Origin: Bacteroidales bacterium
Lineage (GTDB): Bacteria > Bacteroidota > Bacteroidia > Bacteroidales > GCA-2748055
NCBI GenBank assembly: GCA_040880545.1
Contig: JBBDIE010000158.1
Coordinates: forward strand, 9,358 to 73,357
Direction of reading: 5' to 3'
DNA: 64,000 bases
Position 1 is the stretch's first letter. Every line of letters begins with the position of its first letter. A program made the position numbers and the translations under genes. Of this stretch, positions 36,926-46,203 are shown in pieces. The notes below the pieces were generated by a model. The model was not told the DNA's origin. It worked only from the letters and a program-made list of their open reading frames with translations, and searched no databases.

Positions 36926-39900
36926 ATGCCGCTGAGCATCTCGAAAGCGTTGAATATCGAAAAGAATGAGCGAAGCGTGGTTTACCTGCTGCTGCTTCAA
37001 TCTGTATTTCTGGGTATTTTTGCCGGTGCACTGGACGTTGGGGCAAACGCACTGTTTCTTGATGCATATAGTGCAGACCTCATGCCCAGGGCGTTCATGA
37101 TTTCAGGAGCCGTGGGTATCCTGTTTACATCTGCTTATACATTCTTTCAGAAGAGAATGCAATTCAGACTATTTACCATCGTTAACCTGTTATTTGTAAT
37201 TATACTTACCGGTGCACTCAGACTGGGGTACAGCTATACAGAAGATCCAAGACTCACGTTTGCTTTGCTTGTTTTCATGGGACCTGTTGTAATTATCAGT
37301 ATGCTGGGGTTTTGGGGTACGGCAGGCAGATATTTTACACTTAGAGACGGGAAGCGGTTGTTTGGAATTATCGATACAGGTTCAGTAGTGGGAATGATAC
37401 TTGCATTTTATGCAGTACCTGTATTGGTACAATTCAATTTCATGGTGCATGATACACTCTTGATTGGGCTGGTAAGTCTTTTAGCGGCGATGGTATTCCA
37501 GGTAATTGTATTACGTAAGCATCAGCTGATAACCCAGGCAGGTTCAACAAGAAAAAGAATCAAAAAGTCTGGTTTCCTTGATATTTTCCGCAAGCGTTAT
37601 ACCTCCATGATGGCTCTGTTCGTGGTACTAAGTGTGATCACAGCATTTTTTATTCATTACTCATTTATGTGGGCAACGGAAGCGAATTACAGCGACAGCA
37701 GGGAACTTACTGGTTTTCTGGGTGCTTTTTTTGGTACGATGATGATCTTTACGGTTATTATTAAAAGCACACTGTACGGATGGCTGATGAAAAATTATGG
37801 ATTAAGGGTCACCCTGTTGATCTCCCCTGCGTTGCTGCTTATTTTAACTATCATTGCTTCTGTAGTAGGAGGGCTCTTTGGATATTCAGCCGAGTCTGCA
37901 AGTTTTACCTTTTTCTTTCTGGTAATTGCCCTTTCAAAACTCTTTAACAGATCCTTAAAGGATGCCATTGAAAGTCCGTCCATGAAGATCCTCTACCAGT
38001 CACTTGATTCGGACGAAAGATTTGATGTACAGGCACGGATTGACGGTGTGGTGAATGAACTTACTGCATTTATGGCAGGATTGGTCATGGCGGGCTTACT
38101 TCTGTTAAGTTTCATTAATGTTATTCATTTTTCATATATTCTTATTTTTCTGTTGGTTATTTGGGTCATCCTTGGTTATTCGCTGTACAGATCATACAGA
38201 AAAACCCTGAATGAAACGCTGGCCTCCGCCAAAACATCTACCAGCAGTAGTCCAGTAATTGATATTTCAGCGCAGGAAAAAGTATCCACCACACCAATGT
38301 ACGGTGAAACGATCCGGCTGGATCCCTATTTTTATCACGCTTCGACGCCGGAAAAACTGGATAAATACCTGGGTGCTTCGGATCCGTTGAGACAGTATTT
38401 TACCTGGCAGTTGATTTCAGGAACCTTATATAGCTGTGATCCAGATTATGTGGATGAGGTGCTGAAAGCAACTAAAGAACCTGTATTGCAAAAGGTTATC
38501 CGTGAATACACTGAACGTTTGCGGTTACCAGGAAAAAATATAGAGAAAGCGTTTCGCTCTGCGGATAAAAATGAGATTATAGCGGCTTTATTACAGACCA
38601 TCAGGGATCATGATGTAAGTCAGGTGCCCCATATCATTACCTTGTTGAGGGACAGGGACCTGCAGCTCAGGGCTACTGCTATTGAAGCGGCAGGAAAATT
38701 AAAAGTGAAAGAGCTGGGAAGCTACCTTGTGGACTACCTGGGTCACCCGGACCTTTATTCGGTAACGTGGTCGGCGTTGGTTAATATGGGAGAGATAATT
38801 CTGGAAAACCTTGAAAATGCATTTCATAAAACCGGAACAGAGACTTTTGTTCGATTAAGGATCGTACGGGCAATGGTTGCCATAGGGGGGGACAAGGCAA
38901 ATGAATATCTTTTCCAGAAGATCAGTTATCACCAGCGGGATATCAGGGAGGCAGCAATCAGGGGGCTATATCTGAATAAGTTTACACCCGATGCGCGTAG
39001 AATTCCGGTTCTTCAGGCAGCCATCTATGAAGCTGTACTGGCAGGTGCCGGCAATATTGCCACTGAAGCTGTCTTACGGGAGAATGATCCTGGGATCGGA
39101 ATTCTTGATACGATCAGGGAGGAGAAGCGAAATACGGATAACCTCCTATTTAATTTGCTTGGAATAACCTATGAAAAGAGTGCGATCGAACACGTACAGC
39201 GAAGTATAGAAGATTCCGAAAACGAAGATACCGGCTTTGCTCTTGAGTTGCTTAACCTGATTGTTGATGAACAGGTATATGCCTACCTGGAACCTTATTT
39301 TGATATTTTGTCTGCTGGAGAGAAGATCCGGCGTTTACAGAGTGAAATGCCCGTGGAAATACTTCCCTATTATACTTTGTTGATCGATCTGTTAAACAGG
39401 GACAGCCTTTATACAGGAAATTATCTGCGTGTGTGTGCTATCGATGCCATAAGGTTGTCGAAAGGTGTGGATGCCGGAAAGTATCTGGCCGCACAGGTAT
39501 TCCATCCGGATCCGGTTATCAGGAAAACGGCGTCCCTGGTACTGGCAGATAAAGATGCTGCTTTGTATGAGAATGTATCCGAACGGCTGGACATGTATTC
39601 AAGGGAAATTGATCATGACATATCAATCACGGGCCTCTTCCATGGACCGGAAATTATCAAGGTTGTTGAAGATCTGAAACAATGGAATTTTTTTCGGACT
39701 CTTGATCGCGAAGTAATATTCCGGTTGGCAAGTCATCTGGTTAGTTCCGACGCAGTAAGTCTGAACAATCCGGATCGGGTCTCCATGATAAAGGCAGGTG
39801 AAGATCGGGAATCTATTTTTTCTGACGGGATCGTGATTAATCTGACAGACTACCCGTCTGTATTGGAGCATATGGCACTCCTTACTTCAGAGTCCGGCTT

Positions 39901-40030
39901 CAGGTTATACCAGGCTGACAGAACCGTATTCAGAGAATTATTGTTTGATATGCCGGGCCTCTTGTATGCCTGCAATAGTATATTTGGTAGCACCAACACG
40001 GCTGAATTGTTAAACCCAAAAGTTTATTGA
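36926..40030 (+). CDS. 12-TM transporter-like (MFS/TLC-like) domain fused to HEAT repeats and a degenerate cNMP-binding-like C-terminus
   Basis: 1034 aa. Twelve hydrophobic helices in a 6+6 layout with a basic central loop (aa 1-440). HEAT-like repeats follow (LLRDRDLQLRATAIEAAGKLK, DIREAAIRGLY, DPVIRKTASLVLA). The C-terminal FFRTLDREVIFRLASHL...GEDRESIF resembles a cNMP-binding fold but lacks the canonical FGE/RTA residues. Confidence 0.6.
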   Translation: MPLSISKALNIEKNERSVVYLLLLQSVFLGIFAGALDVGANALFLDAYSADLMPRAFMISGAVGILFTSAYTFFQKRMQFRLFTIVNLLFVIILTGALRLGYSYTEDPRLTFALLVFMGPVVIISMLGFWGTAGRYFTLRDGKRLFGIIDTGSVVGMILAFYAVPVLVQFNFMVHDTLLIGLVSLLAAMVFQVIVLRKHQLITQAGSTRKRIKKSGFLDIFRKRYTSMMALFVVLSVITAFFIHYSFMWATEANYSDSRELTGFLGAFFGTMMIFTVIIKSTLYGWLMKNYGLRVTLLISPALLLILTIIASVVGGLFGYSAESASFTFFFLVIALSKLFNRSLKDAIESPSMKILYQSLDSDERFDVQARIDGVVNELTAFMAGLVMAGLLLLSFINVIHFSYILIFLLVIWVILGYSLYRSYRKTLNETLASAKTSTSSSPVIDISAQEKVSTTPMYGETIRLDPYFYHASTPEKLDKYLGASDPLRQYFTWQLISGTLYSCDPDYVDEVLKATKEPVLQKVIREYTERLRLPGKNIEKAFRSADKNEIIAALLQTIRDHDVSQVPHIITLLRDRDLQLRATAIEAAGKLKVKELGSYLVDYLGHPDLYSVTWSALVNMGEIILENLENAFHKTGTETFVRLRIVRAMVAIGGDKANEYLFQKISYHQRDIREAAIRGLYLNKFTPDARRIPVLQAAIYEAVLAGAGNIATEAVLRENDPGIGILDTIREEKRNTDNLLFNLLGITYEKSAIEHVQRSIEDSENEDTGFALELLNLIVDEQVYAYLEPYFDILSAGEKIRRLQSEMPVEILPYYTLLIDLLNRDSLYTGNYLRVCAIDAIRLSKGVDAGKYLAAQVFHPDPVIRKTASLVLADKDAALYENVSERLDMYSREIDHDISITGLFHGPEIIKVVEDLKQWNFFRTLDREVIFRLASHLVSSDAVSLNNPDRVSMIKAGEDRESIFSDGIVINLTDYPSVLEHMALLTSESGFRLYQADRTVFRELLFDMPGLLYACNSIFGSTNTAELLNPKVY

Positions 40031-40037
40031 TAACACA

Positions 40038-42059
40038 TTGAGAAAGCGAACTACTATATTTAACCAACTGATACTGAATATTGTCATTCCTGCGATTATT
40101 GCGCTGCTGGCGTTGGGTATGATCAATGTACAACAGACATGGAGCATCCTTGAGCAGTCGGCCGACGAGAAAAGCAGAATCATCAGTGAAGAGATCCGGC
40201 AAATTCATGAAATGCAGGATATGGCCATGCAGATCCTTGAAAAACAACTTGAACCGGAGCTTTTGCATTTTAGCGATCTTTTGGTAAATGAAGTATTTGC
40301 TGACACAAAGAATATTGAATTGGCCGATCTGAATGTTGTACGTGAACGTTTGGGAATGGACAAGGAAAACCAGGATATTTATGTGATAAACAGGAATGGC
40401 ATTGTAGTGAACACTACCTTTGAAGCTGACCTGGGTCTGAACCTGTTTCATTTTGGCCGGGAGCACAGGGAGTTGCTTGAAAAGGTTTGGGAAGAGGGTA
40501 TATTTCACAGTGAAAAGTTTACGGTGGAAAACTCCACCAAAAGACTACGAAAGTTTACATATATCCCCACACTCGACGGAAATTATCTTGTTGAACTGGG
40601 GATCTATTCTGAACAGGCCGATGGTATCATAGATTTTGTTAAAACACGTATGAATACAATGTCGGATGTACAGCGAAATCTGATTTCCGTTGATCTGTTT
40701 ATTGGTAAGGAAAACCCGATCTGTTTAAATGGAGAGGCGATCATTAAGGAAGAATTTTCCGGAGCTTACAGAGAGGTGATGAACAACAAAAAGCGTATTA
40801 CCCTGGATGAGAGAAAAGGAGATCCACCGGTCAGAAGAGAATTTATATTTATGGACCGTCAGAATACCAGTTTATATAAGGAATCAGTCATCCGCATTAT
40901 TTCCGATACCAGTGAAGAACAGGCTGTTTTGAAGAAGGAGTTGTTAAAGTTTCTGCTGGTCTTTTCCATCACAATACTAATTGTAATGACCCTGCTCTAC
41001 AGGAAAACCAAGGTTATTACAGATCCGATCAAGAAGCTGGTTGAGAATGTAAACCGGATAACTGCCGGGCATCTCAATGAACGTGCAGAAGTTATGGGGA
41101 ACAATGAAATCACATCTTTGTCGGAACAATTCAATAATATGATTGCTGAATTGGAAAGTTATTATAACGAACTGGAACAGAAGGTAAAGGACCGTACCGC
41201 TGAAGTGGTGGCTCAGAAGGAGGAGATAGAGGCCCAGCGTGACACCTTGCAGGAACAACGGAATATGCTTGCTGAGATTAATAATTCATTGCAGAAGGCT
41301 TATACGGAAATTGAAGACAGTATTCATTATGCGAGCAGGATCCAAAATGCCATTTTACCGCCGGATGATTATCTGAAAAAGATTATTCCCAATTCTTTTT
41401 TCTTTTATAAACCACGCGATATTGTGAGTGGCGATTTTTACTGGGTGGCATCCAAGGATAATAAAGTGATCGTTTCGGCTGTGGATTGCACAGGGCATGG
41501 AGTGCCGGGAGCCTTTATGTCAATCGTAGGTAGTAATCAGCTGAATTATGCACTGAATATTGAACATGCTACCAGGCCATCTGAGATTATGAGAATACTG
41601 AACGAAGGGGTAACGGCTACGTTGAGACAAACAAAAAATGAGTCGATCCAGGATGGAATGGATATGGCGATGGTTACCATCGACAAGGAGAAAAGAATCC
41701 TTCAATACTCGGGTGCATTCAATCCGCTGATTAAAATAAGGAGCGGGGAGGTTGAAAAGATTAAGGCTGACCGGATTCCAATCGGGGGGCATATTATTGA
41801 AGCAGAGAAGAATTTTACAAATAACGAATTTACCTACCAGGATGGTGATTTGATCTATATGTTTACAGACGGTTATCCGGATCAGTTCGGTGGACCAAAA
41901 GGAGGCAAGTATATGACAGGGAAGTTTATTAAATTGCTCCATACCATATCGGATCATCCATTGGAGGAGCAATATGGATTACTGGAGAAAGAACTTCAAT
42001 CGTGGATGGGAGATGAAGCACAGGTGGATGATATCCTGGTGATTGGTATACAACTTTAG
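40038..42059 (+). CDS. membrane sensor with HAMP domain and PP2C/SpoIIE-type phosphatase domain
   Basis: 673 aa. TTG start 7 nt after the upstream stop, the only start that retains TM1. Layout is TM1, a ~280-aa extracytoplasmic domain, TM2 (FLLVFSITILIVMTLLY), HAMP, coiled coil, then PP2C motifs GDFYWV, DCTGHGVPGAFMS, DGMDMAMV, FTDGYPDQFGG and DDILVIGIQL. Confidence 0.8.
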   Translation: MRKRTTIFNQLILNIVIPAIIALLALGMINVQQTWSILEQSADEKSRIISEEIRQIHEMQDMAMQILEKQLEPELLHFSDLLVNEVFADTKNIELADLNVVRERLGMDKENQDIYVINRNGIVVNTTFEADLGLNLFHFGREHRELLEKVWEEGIFHSEKFTVENSTKRLRKFTYIPTLDGNYLVELGIYSEQADGIIDFVKTRMNTMSDVQRNLISVDLFIGKENPICLNGEAIIKEEFSGAYREVMNNKKRITLDERKGDPPVRREFIFMDRQNTSLYKESVIRIISDTSEEQAVLKKELLKFLLVFSITILIVMTLLYRKTKVITDPIKKLVENVNRITAGHLNERAEVMGNNEITSLSEQFNNMIAELESYYNELEQKVKDRTAEVVAQKEEIEAQRDTLQEQRNMLAEINNSLQKAYTEIEDSIHYASRIQNAILPPDDYLKKIIPNSFFFYKPRDIVSGDFYWVASKDNKVIVSAVDCTGHGVPGAFMSIVGSNQLNYALNIEHATRPSEIMRILNEGVTATLRQTKNESIQDGMDMAMVTIDKEKRILQYSGAFNPLIKIRSGEVEKIKADRIPIGGHIIEAEKNFTNNEFTYQDGDLIYMFTDGYPDQFGGPKGGKYMTGKFIKLLHTISDHPLEEQYGLLEKELQSWMGDEAQVDDILVIGIQL

Positions 42060-42081
42060 ATAGGAACAAAAAGCGTATCAT

Positions 42082-45000
42082 ATGAGCAGCACACCCAGTA
42101 AGCAGGGTAAATTGTTTAATCCATTTCCAGGACTTCGTCCTTTTACACAGGATGAATCACACCTGTTCTTCGGAAGGGAAGGACAGAGCAAGTCCGTATT
42201 GAATTCACTGGAGGCCAATAATTTTGTCGCTGTAATTGGTGCTTCGGGTAGTGGAAAGTCATCCCTGATATACTGTGGGGTCATCCCTGCTTTAAAGGAC
42301 GAATCCGGAAAAAAATGGACGACGGTTTCTACCAGACCAGGAACCAATCCCATCAAAAACCTTGTGTCATCTGTTTCAGAAGTTTTCGGTGAGAAGGTAA
42401 AAGAGAAAGATGAGGAGAGGCTACTTTCGGGGGAATTATCCCTTCAGGAATGGGTTAACGGGATCATTCCAAAGGGGCAACAATTGCTTTTGATCATTGA
42501 TCAGTTTGAAGAGCTTTTCAGGTACCGGAAGATTAAATCATCTGATACTGTAATGGCAGAGGTGAGTCTTTTTGTTGAGCAGATTTATGCAGTATGTTCA
42601 GAAGGGAATGGTAACATCAGTGTTGTACTGACGATGCGTTCTGATTTTATAGGTGAATGTTCGGTATTTCAGGATCTGACAGAATTGATAAACCGGAGTA
42701 ATTACCTGATTCCCCAGATGACCCGGAATGATTTCAGGAAGGCGATCGAGGGACCTGTAAATGTTGGGGGTGCCACGATCGATCCGGAATTGGTAGAACA
42801 GCTTCTGGATGAAGTGGGTAATAATACGGATCAGTTACCTGTTCTTCAGCATTCTCTCATGCGGACCTGGGATTACTGGGCACTACAAAACATTCCAGAT
42901 AAACCGATTTCAACAGGTGATTATGAGGCAATCGGACGGATGGAAAAGGCACTGTCAGACCACGCCAATGAGGCGTATGAGGAACTTGATGAAAATCAGC
43001 GTAAAATTTGCGAGAACCTGTTTAAAACGATCACGGAGAAGGGTGGTGACAACAGGGGGGTTCGTCGTCCTTCAAGTATTGAAAGGGTGGCTGAAATATC
43101 AAGATGTACCCCAGCAGAAATCATTCAGATAGCCGAGGTGTTCAGAACCGGAGGAAGGACTTTTCTGACACCCTACCAGCCGGTTAAGCTGGCAGATGAT
43201 ACGGTTACGGACATCTCCCATGAATCACTGATGCGTATATGGGACAGGTTAAGGTTATGGGTCGATGAGGAGGATTCATCTGTACAAATGTACAAGCGTC
43301 TTTCCGAAGCTTCGGCACTTTACCAGTCAGGTATTACGGGCCTCTGGCGGCCACCGGATCTGCAACTGGCATTAAACTGGCGGGAAAAGCAGCAACCGAC
43401 GACAAAATGGGCATTACAATATAATCCTGCATTCGAAAGGGCGATGGTGTTTTTGGATACAAGCGCGGCTGAATTTAAGAAAGAGGAGGAGAATAAGATC
43501 AGGCTGCAGAAACGCCGGTTGAGAGTAACCAGGATGTTTTCACTGGTATTGGGAGGAATCGCAGTGATCGCCATGGGATTGTTTTTGTGGACAAGAGACC
43601 TTCAGAGCCAGGCAGAAGCACGGAGAATTGAAGCTGAGGAACAGCGGGAACTTGCAGTTGCAAATGAAGAAAGAGCCAGGCTCCAGGAGGCAGAGGCTAT
43701 TACCGCAAGGAATGCTGCAGATGAAGAGCGACAAAAAGCAGTTGAGGCATCCATTACAGCTGAAAATGAAAGAAGAGAAGCTGACAAACAAAGAACGATT
43801 GCAGAAACCAGGCAACAACAGGCCGACAGAAGCGCGCTTGAGGCAATGGTGGCGCAAAAGCTTGCACAGGAGAATGAAAAGGAGGCAGATGATCAAAGAA
43901 AAAGAGCCGTCGCAGCAAGCGAAGAAGCACAGAACAGGAGAATGCTTTCCATCGCTAAATCCATGTCTGTAAAATCACTCCAGGTGGATAAGACGGATGA
44001 TCCGGACTTGAAGGCCCTACTTGCATACCAGGCATACAGGTACAACCTGGAATATGGAGGTCAGATGCATGAAGCTGATATCTATTCCGGTTTATATGAC
44101 GCCCGAAAAGCGATACTGGGTGATTCATATAATGTTTATGAAGGGCATGCACAATCAGTGAAATCGATCGTATTCGTTCCAGGCACAACCAGACTTATCA
44201 GCGGGGGAACCGATGGTAGGATTTTGTCTCGTCAAATAGAAGATGCACTGGACAATTACGAGGTTTTTAGTGAAAAAGATATATTGCTTGAAGCTTTGGA
44301 CATTAGTTCGGATGGTAAATACCTTGCTACAGCTACCAACAGTGAAGGGATATATGTTTATAACCTATCCGGAGGAAATAATAACCCGTTGATATTTAAT
44401 GGCCATGAGGGGAGAATCAGGGATGTTGAATTTTCTAATAACCCGGATGAACTGTTCAGTATCGGACTGGACAAACAGATATTGAAATGGACTATTGCAG
44501 GCAAAACTTCACAGCAAGTAGCAAATTCAATTTCACGATATAACGATATTGCCCTCTCACCGGATGGAAGGCTACTCGCGGCCAGTAACAGGTCAGGAAA
44601 TATTATCATTATAAACATGGAGGATACTGGGCATCAGGACACCATACACGGTCCGGCACTAAATCCTGTCATCTCCCTGGATTTCAGCCGAGACGGACAA
44701 TACCTGGCTGCTGGTGATCAGCGAGGTAATGTGCGAATCTTTGATACGGGTACTTTTATGCAATTGTACAGTCTGCGGGGTAGTTCTGCCCGTATAGTAT
44801 CTGTTAAATTCAGTCCGAACAATAACTTTCTTGCCTCAAGCAGTTATGACGGCAAGGTTTTGTTGTGGGACATGAAGAATCTCAATAACTCACCTATTGT
44901 GATGGAAGACAACCGTGGATTTGTTTTTACAGTTGAATTCAGTCCTGATGAAAACTACCTGCTGAGTGGCAGCAATAACCTGAAATCCAGACCTGTGAAT

Positions 45001-45138
45001 GCCAGTATACTGACAGAAAATATTTGTAATATGGTCAGCAGGAATTTCACATCAGAGGAGTGGGAGATTTATGTGGGTAAGGATATCAAATTTGTTGAGA
45101 CTTGTCCGCAAATAGTAACTGAAAACCAGCTTAAATGA
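42082..45138 (+). CDS. STAND-type P-loop NTPase + single TM + ~110-aa charged coiled coil + 7-bladed WD40 propeller
   Basis: 1018 aa. N-terminal FPGLRPFTQDESHLFFGRE, Walker A GASGSGKSS and Walker B LLLIIDQFEELF (typical of nSTAND-type NTPases). TM MFSLVLGGIAVIAMGLFLW at 43534-43596 is preceded by KRRLRVTR. An E/R/A/Q-rich heptad-like segment follows. Seven WD40-like blades are present (for example LISGGTDGRI, LASSSYDGKVLLWD). Confidence 0.8.
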   Translation: MSSTPSKQGKLFNPFPGLRPFTQDESHLFFGREGQSKSVLNSLEANNFVAVIGASGSGKSSLIYCGVIPALKDESGKKWTTVSTRPGTNPIKNLVSSVSEVFGEKVKEKDEERLLSGELSLQEWVNGIIPKGQQLLLIIDQFEELFRYRKIKSSDTVMAEVSLFVEQIYAVCSEGNGNISVVLTMRSDFIGECSVFQDLTELINRSNYLIPQMTRNDFRKAIEGPVNVGGATIDPELVEQLLDEVGNNTDQLPVLQHSLMRTWDYWALQNIPDKPISTGDYEAIGRMEKALSDHANEAYEELDENQRKICENLFKTITEKGGDNRGVRRPSSIERVAEISRCTPAEIIQIAEVFRTGGRTFLTPYQPVKLADDTVTDISHESLMRIWDRLRLWVDEEDSSVQMYKRLSEASALYQSGITGLWRPPDLQLALNWREKQQPTTKWALQYNPAFERAMVFLDTSAAEFKKEEENKIRLQKRRLRVTRMFSLVLGGIAVIAMGLFLWTRDLQSQAEARRIEAEEQRELAVANEERARLQEAEAITARNAADEERQKAVEASITAENERREADKQRTIAETRQQQADRSALEAMVAQKLAQENEKEADDQRKRAVAASEEAQNRRMLSIAKSMSVKSLQVDKTDDPDLKALLAYQAYRYNLEYGGQMHEADIYSGLYDARKAILGDSYNVYEGHAQSVKSIVFVPGTTRLISGGTDGRILSRQIEDALDNYEVFSEKDILLEALDISSDGKYLATATNSEGIYVYNLSGGNNNPLIFNGHEGRIRDVEFSNNPDELFSIGLDKQILKWTIAGKTSQQVANSISRYNDIALSPDGRLLAASNRSGNIIIINMEDTGHQDTIHGPALNPVISLDFSRDGQYLAAGDQRGNVRIFDTGTFMQLYSLRGSSARIVSVKFSPNNNFLASSSYDGKVLLWDMKNLNNSPIVMEDNRGFVFTVEFSPDENYLLSGSNNLKSRPVNASILTENICNMVSRNFTSEEWEIYVGKDIKFVETCPQIVTENQLK

Positions 45139-46202
45139 GGAAAATTATACTCTGTATTGTCCTGATAAAATATGGTATATTTATTTCAGCACAGGAGCAG
45201 TGTGCCTTTATACTTGAAGAGGCACAGGAAATGTTTGGTATCGGTCTGATCGAAGCAATTCCTGATAAGCTTGCGCCTTGTCTTGAATCCGGTTTTACCA
45301 AAGATGAGAAGCTCCAGGCCCACAAGCTGATCATTCTCGCATACTTGTTTGATGATAATTATGAAATGGCAGATAACGCCATGCTGGCTTTCCTGTCTGA
45401 ATTTCCTTCCTACGAACCGGTAGCTACTGATCCCAGGGTATTTATTGCCCTTATGGAGACCTATGACACTAAACCTGTATTGATGATGGGTGGAAGTATT
45501 GGCCTGAACTTTACGGTGCCACTGGTTACAGGCAGGGTAGGAACATACAATTTTCAATCGTACCATGGAAAATATGTGCCGGGAGGTGCAGGTTATCATG
45601 GATCGTTCAGGGTGGACAAAGTGATCAGACCGGGCATGGTCCTTTCCGGGGAACTCATGTTTGCGAACAACCGTTTTGACTTTTACCTTGATGGAACATC
45701 GGAAATAACAGAATTTTCCGGTGAGATTACCGATTTTTCACAAATCGAATATTATGAAACCCAGAACAGTATTTCCCTGCCCATAAGTATCAGATATCAA
45801 TTCAGGGAAGGTCCATTGTTCACTTTTACTACAATCGGGATATGTCCGGGACTACTTTTATCAGCTACAGGTGAGGGCAAAAGGGATTATATAAATACAA
45901 ATTTTACCAGGTATAATCCAATTGAAGTATCCAACGTTAATATCCTCGACAAAAGAAGGATGTTTACAATGAGGGCATTTGCGGGGTTTGGCGTTAAGTA
46001 CAATATAGGCCCGGGTGAGTTTTTTCTGGATGCCCGCTACTATGTGGATTTATTGAGTCAGGTGAAGCCAGGTGTTAGCCGGTATGTGAATGATATTGCC
46101 ATGCAGTTATTCTACGTAAATGATAATCTTCTGCTTACCAATCTGGCCATTTCAGCCGGGTATGTGTTCCCAATTTATCGTCCTAAAAAGAAAATTGAAT
46201 AG
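45135..46202 (+). CDS. predicted outer-membrane beta-barrel protein with a small helical N-terminal domain
   Basis: 355 aa. Signal peptide. ~90-aa helical (TPR-like) segment, then alternating beta-strand composition with the barrel ending near AGYVF. The ATG overlaps the upstream stop (ATGA). Confidence 0.55.
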   Translation: MRKIILCIVLIKYGIFISAQEQCAFILEEAQEMFGIGLIEAIPDKLAPCLESGFTKDEKLQAHKLIILAYLFDDNYEMADNAMLAFLSEFPSYEPVATDPRVFIALMETYDTKPVLMMGGSIGLNFTVPLVTGRVGTYNFQSYHGKYVPGGAGYHGSFRVDKVIRPGMVLSGELMFANNRFDFYLDGTSEITEFSGEITDFSQIEYYETQNSISLPISIRYQFREGPLFTFTTIGICPGLLLSATGEGKRDYINTNFTRYNPIEVSNVNILDKRRMFTMRAFAGFGVKYNIGPGEFFLDARYYVDLLSQVKPGVSRYVNDIAMQLFYVNDNLLLTNLAISAGYVFPIYRPKKKIE

Positions 46203-46203
46203 A

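Noticed and set aside
38885-38891. G7 homopolymer inside the transporter-like gene as a slipped-strand phase-variation switch
   Set aside because: The tract is short for phase variation. An equivalent G7 occurs in the NUDIX gene (61513-61519) and a C7 occurs in fni, so these tracts appear to arise by chance in this genome.
39930-40508. 192-aa minus-strand ORF spanning the junction between the first two genes of the six-gene operon
   Set aside because: It is antisense to two ORFs with clear domain content. Its translation is an AT-driven, Lys/Ile/Phe/Tyr/Gln-rich sequence with no motifs.
46120-46203. N-terminal extension of the lipoprotein ORF that overlaps the preceding barrel gene by 83 nt
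   Set aside because: The internal ATG at 46204 is followed immediately by a textbook lipoprotein signal peptide and lies 1 nt after the upstream stop. The extension has no signal-like features.
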